DNA of 64,000 nucleotides from Saprospiraceae bacterium (GTDB lineage Bacteria > Bacteroidota > Bacteroidia > Chitinophagales > Saprospiraceae). The stretch spans positions 71,378-135,377 of the forward strand of contig JAIPBL010000005.1 in NCBI GenBank assembly GCA_021739645.1, in the 5' to 3' direction. Shown here piece after piece: positions 61,750 through 64,000 of this stretch. Position 1 is the first letter of the stretch; each line of letters opens with the position of its first letter. The position numbers and the translations under genes were made by a program. The notes under the pieces are model-generated. The model was not told the DNA's origin and did not search any database. It was given only the letters and a program-made list of their open reading frames with translations.

Positions 61750-63999
61750 TCACAACTCCACCACCGTCACCCCATCCCCGCCTTCATCGCTGGCCGGATG
61801 GTACGACTGCTTCACCTCCCGGTATTCCCGAATCTTGTTTTTGACCGTTCTGCGCAAAACGCCCGTCCCCCTGCCGTGAACGATTTGCAGGTTGTTGGCG
61901 CTGGTCATCAGCGCCCGGTCCATGAATTCCTCCACCCGCCGCAGCGCTTCGTCGGGCGTCAGGCCCCGGATGTCCAGCTTGTTCTCGAAGCTGGCGAGTT
62001 GGTTCAGGGTGTCCACGGAAATGCTTTTTTGCTTTTGCACGTTGAGTTCCTCCCGGGCATGTTCTAGGTCACGGAGCTTGACGGTGAGGCGCATCGGGCC
62101 CATCTGCACAATGACTTTCGACTTGTCGATGGCCTCGACCGTGCCGCTGGAGCCGCCGCTTTTCATGCGCACGAGGTCGCCGATTTGTATCTCGCCCGCC
62201 TTTGCTTTTTTGAATTGCGTCAGCGGTGCTTCATTGTAAATCTGCTCTTCCAGGTGTATGACGGCCTTCTCGGCTTCTTCCCGCTCCTCTCGTACTTTTT
62301 CGGCCATGACTTTGGCCATTTCGAGGTTCTGCTGTTCCCTGATTTCCCGCACCAGCTTTTCCATTTCGCGGTTGTCCCTGGTCACTACCTGTAGGTTTTT
62401 CTCCTTGGCTTCCAGTTGGAATTTCTTGCGGCGGTATTCGAGGTCACGGTGCAGTTCGTCGTAGCTTTTGATGAGCTTTTCGAGTTGCCTTTCCTTCAAG
62501 GTAATCTCCAGCAGCTTATCCTCAGCCTCCTTTTTTTCCCGTTGCAGGTTGATGAGCAAATCATCCACGGCGACCTCGTTCTTGCCCGTTCGCTGGCGGG
62601 CGTAGGCAAGCACGTTTTTGCTCAAACCGCTTTTCTGTGCAATCTCAAAAGCATAGCTGCTGCCGGGCCGCCCTGCCTTGAACATATAGGTCGGGGCGAG
62701 ATGCGCCTGGTCGAAAAGCATGGAGCCGTTGATGATGCCGGGCGTTTTGAAGGCGAACATTTTCAGGTTGGAGTAGTGCGTGGTAATGACGCCGTAGCAT
62801 TTGCGCTCGTTGAGTTCCTTTAGTATCGCTTCCGCAATGGCGCCCCCCATCTTCGGGTCGGTGCCGGAGCCGAATTCGTCAATGAGGACAAGGGTTTTGC
62901 CATTGGCGTGCTCCAAGAACTGGCGCATATAAACCAGTCGGCTGGAATAGGTCGAGAGGTCGTCCTCCAGTGATTGTGAGTCGCCAATGTCGGCGAAGAT
63001 GTTTTCGAAGATGCCCATCTTGCTGATTTCATCCATCGGCACCAGCATCCCGGACTGCATCATCAGTTGGAGCAGTCCCACCGATTTCATCAGGATGGAC
63101 TTGCCCCCGGCGTTCGGGCCGGACAGCACCACGATGCGGTTCTCGCCGTGCAGTTTCAAGTCGAACGGCACAGTTTCCCGTCCGATTTTTTTATTCTTCA
63201 AATACAAAAGCGGGTGCTTGCCCATCTCTGTTCCAAACGATGGGTTTTGCGTCAGTTTGGGCATGTCGGCGTTCATGGCGTTGGCCAGCCGGGCTTTTGT
63301 CATGATAACGTCGTATTGCGTAATGAGCGAAAGGTACTGTCGAATGGTTGGAGAATATGGCCGCAAGGTGTCGCTCAGGTCTTTCAAAATTCGCAAGATT
63401 TCCCGGCGCTCCTCCTGTTGCAGGTCGAAGATGTCGTTGTTGATTTCGATGACGGGTTCTGGCTCGATGAATGCGGTGCGACCGGTTGCGCTCTCATCGT
63501 GTATGATGCCCCGTATCTTTCTTTTGTGCTCGACTGGCACCGAGAGTACCCGACGGTTGTTGCGGAGGCTTTCCACATTGTCGGTGAGCCAGCCGGAGTT
63601 GCGGTAGTTGTTGATGAGGGTGCGGAAGACCTTGTCGAGTTCCCGCTGTTTGTTCCCGATTTCACGGCGGATGGTTAACAGGGCAGTGGAGGCGTCAGGC
63701 CTGATGTCCCCGTTTTCATCGAAGACCTTGCCGATGGCGGCGTTCAGTTGTGGGTCAAAGTTGACGGGCCGGATGATGTCGTAGAGACTGGGGTAGAGCT
63801 TTTGTCGGTCGGGTGTGAAAAAACGGAACACGCCGCCCATGATGACCAGTACGGCGTTGATGCGGACGAAGCCATCTTCGGGCAGTACATAGCCATCAAT
63901 GTCCAGCATTTTCAAGTCTTCGGCCAGGTCCTCGTATTGCGAAAGCGGGAAATGGTCAGATTTAGAAATCGACAGCTTGTACTCCGAGACTTCCCGCAA
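61750..63999 (-). CDS. mutS2: endonuclease MutS2 (partial; N-terminus beyond the right edge)
   Basis: Walker A LSGPNAGGKS, DEFGSGTDP, a long coiled-coil region, and a C-terminal Smr domain (LDIRGLTPDEALRRVEEFMDRA......LQIVHGRGTGVLRRTV). Confidence 0.95.
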   Translation of the reverse strand: MREVSEYKLSISKSDHFPLSQYEDLAEDLKMLDIDGYVLPEDGFVRINAVLVIMGGVFRFFTPDRQKLYPSLYDIIRPVNFDPQLNAAIGKVFDENGDIRPDASTALLTIRREIGNKQRELDKVFRTLINNYRNSGWLTDNVESLRNNRRVLSVPVEHKRKIRGIIHDESATGRTAFIEPEPVIEINNDIFDLQQEERREILRILKDLSDTLRPYSPTIRQYLSLITQYDVIMTKARLANAMNADMPKLTQNPSFGTEMGKHPLLYLKNKKIGRETVPFDLKLHGENRIVVLSGPNAGGKSILMKSVGLLQLMMQSGMLVPMDEISKMGIFENIFADIGDSQSLEDDLSTYSSRLVYMRQFLEHANGKTLVLIDEFGSGTDPKMGGAIAEAILKELNERKCYGVITTHYSNLKMFAFKTPGIINGSMLFDQAHLAPTYMFKAGRPGSSYAFEIAQKSGLSKNVLAYARQRTGKNEVAVDDLLINLQREKKEAEDKLLEITLKERQLEKLIKSYDELHRDLEYRRKKFQLEAKEKNLQVVTRDNREMEKLVREIREQQNLEMAKVMAEKVREEREEAEKAVIHLEEQIYNEAPLTQFKKAKAGEIQIGDLVRMKSGGSSGTVEAIDKSKVIVQMGPMRLTVKLRDLEHAREELNVQKQKSISVDTLNQLASFENKLDIRGLTPDEALRRVEEFMDRALMTSANNLQIVHGRGTGVLRRTVKNKIREYREVKQSYHPASDEGGDGVTVVEL

Positions 64000-64000
64000 C

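Noticed and set aside
1-64000. Prophage, IS element, integrative element or classical defence system (RM, CBASS, retron, Gabija and similar)
   Set aside because: I recognised no integrase, transposase, recombinase, phage structural gene, methyltransferase, reverse transcriptase, or nucleotide-cyclase/STAND/helicase-nuclease gene. The only nuclease-fold genes are isolated small Uma2 and GxxExxY genes.

Overview
This 64-kb chromosomal window looks like a Bacteroidota genome, possibly Saprospiria/Cytophagia-like, though I cannot verify the lineage here. The phylum call rests on four things. Five proteins end in type IX secretion (T9SS) C-terminal sorting domains: three type A (13482-18698, 30992-34186, 56239-57738) and two type B (20836-27024, 41754-46949). 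There are two PorP/SprF genes. TAnnTTTG -7 promoter boxes sit upstream of several genes. Small genes typical of the phylum are present: GxxExxY, a four-helix-bundle/23S-IVS protein and two Uma2 endonucleases.

The five T9SS cargo genes cover about 21 kb, roughly a third of the window. The interspersed housekeeping genes are:
- an Rrf2 regulator, di-iron RIC protein and hemerythrin cluster
- tryptophanase
- FabI
- 4-hydroxyphenylpyruvate dioxygenase
- a Y_Y_Y-type histidine kinase with a LuxR-type response regulator
- a DUF58 protein, a GT2 glycosyltransferase and a TIGR02757 protein
- RfbA
- a fused E1 alpha/beta 2-oxoacid dehydrogenase
- a TAT-exported sugar-phosphate isomerase
- a di-haem cytochrome c peroxidase
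- YceI
- MutS2 (partial)

By eye I found no rRNA, tRNA, CRISPR array, transposase, integrase or reverse transcriptase.

The most unusual observations are:
1. A PorP/SprF + PorE-like OmpA protein + type-B-CTD giant adhesin operon, and a second adhesin + PorP module. Each has a long palindromic element exactly at a gene junction.
2. Two small-gene cassettes (GxxExxY and four-helix-bundle) bounded by inverted repeats and wedged exactly between neighbouring genes. One splits a histidine kinase / response regulator pair.
3. A recurring architecture of short-period (7-8 nt) tandem repeats paired with their inverted copy at gene boundaries. Some are translated as C-terminal tails, and one forms the linker of the E1 alpha/beta fusion.
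4. A tandem pair of secreted paralogs with a shared C-terminal C-x-LVEQ-x-P tail.
5. Two genes interrupted at homopolymer or pentanucleotide repeats.
6. A 22/23-nt identical operator-like motif upstream of both the Rrf2 and RIC genes.

All family calls come from reading motifs in the translated ORFs. No database search or HMM was run.
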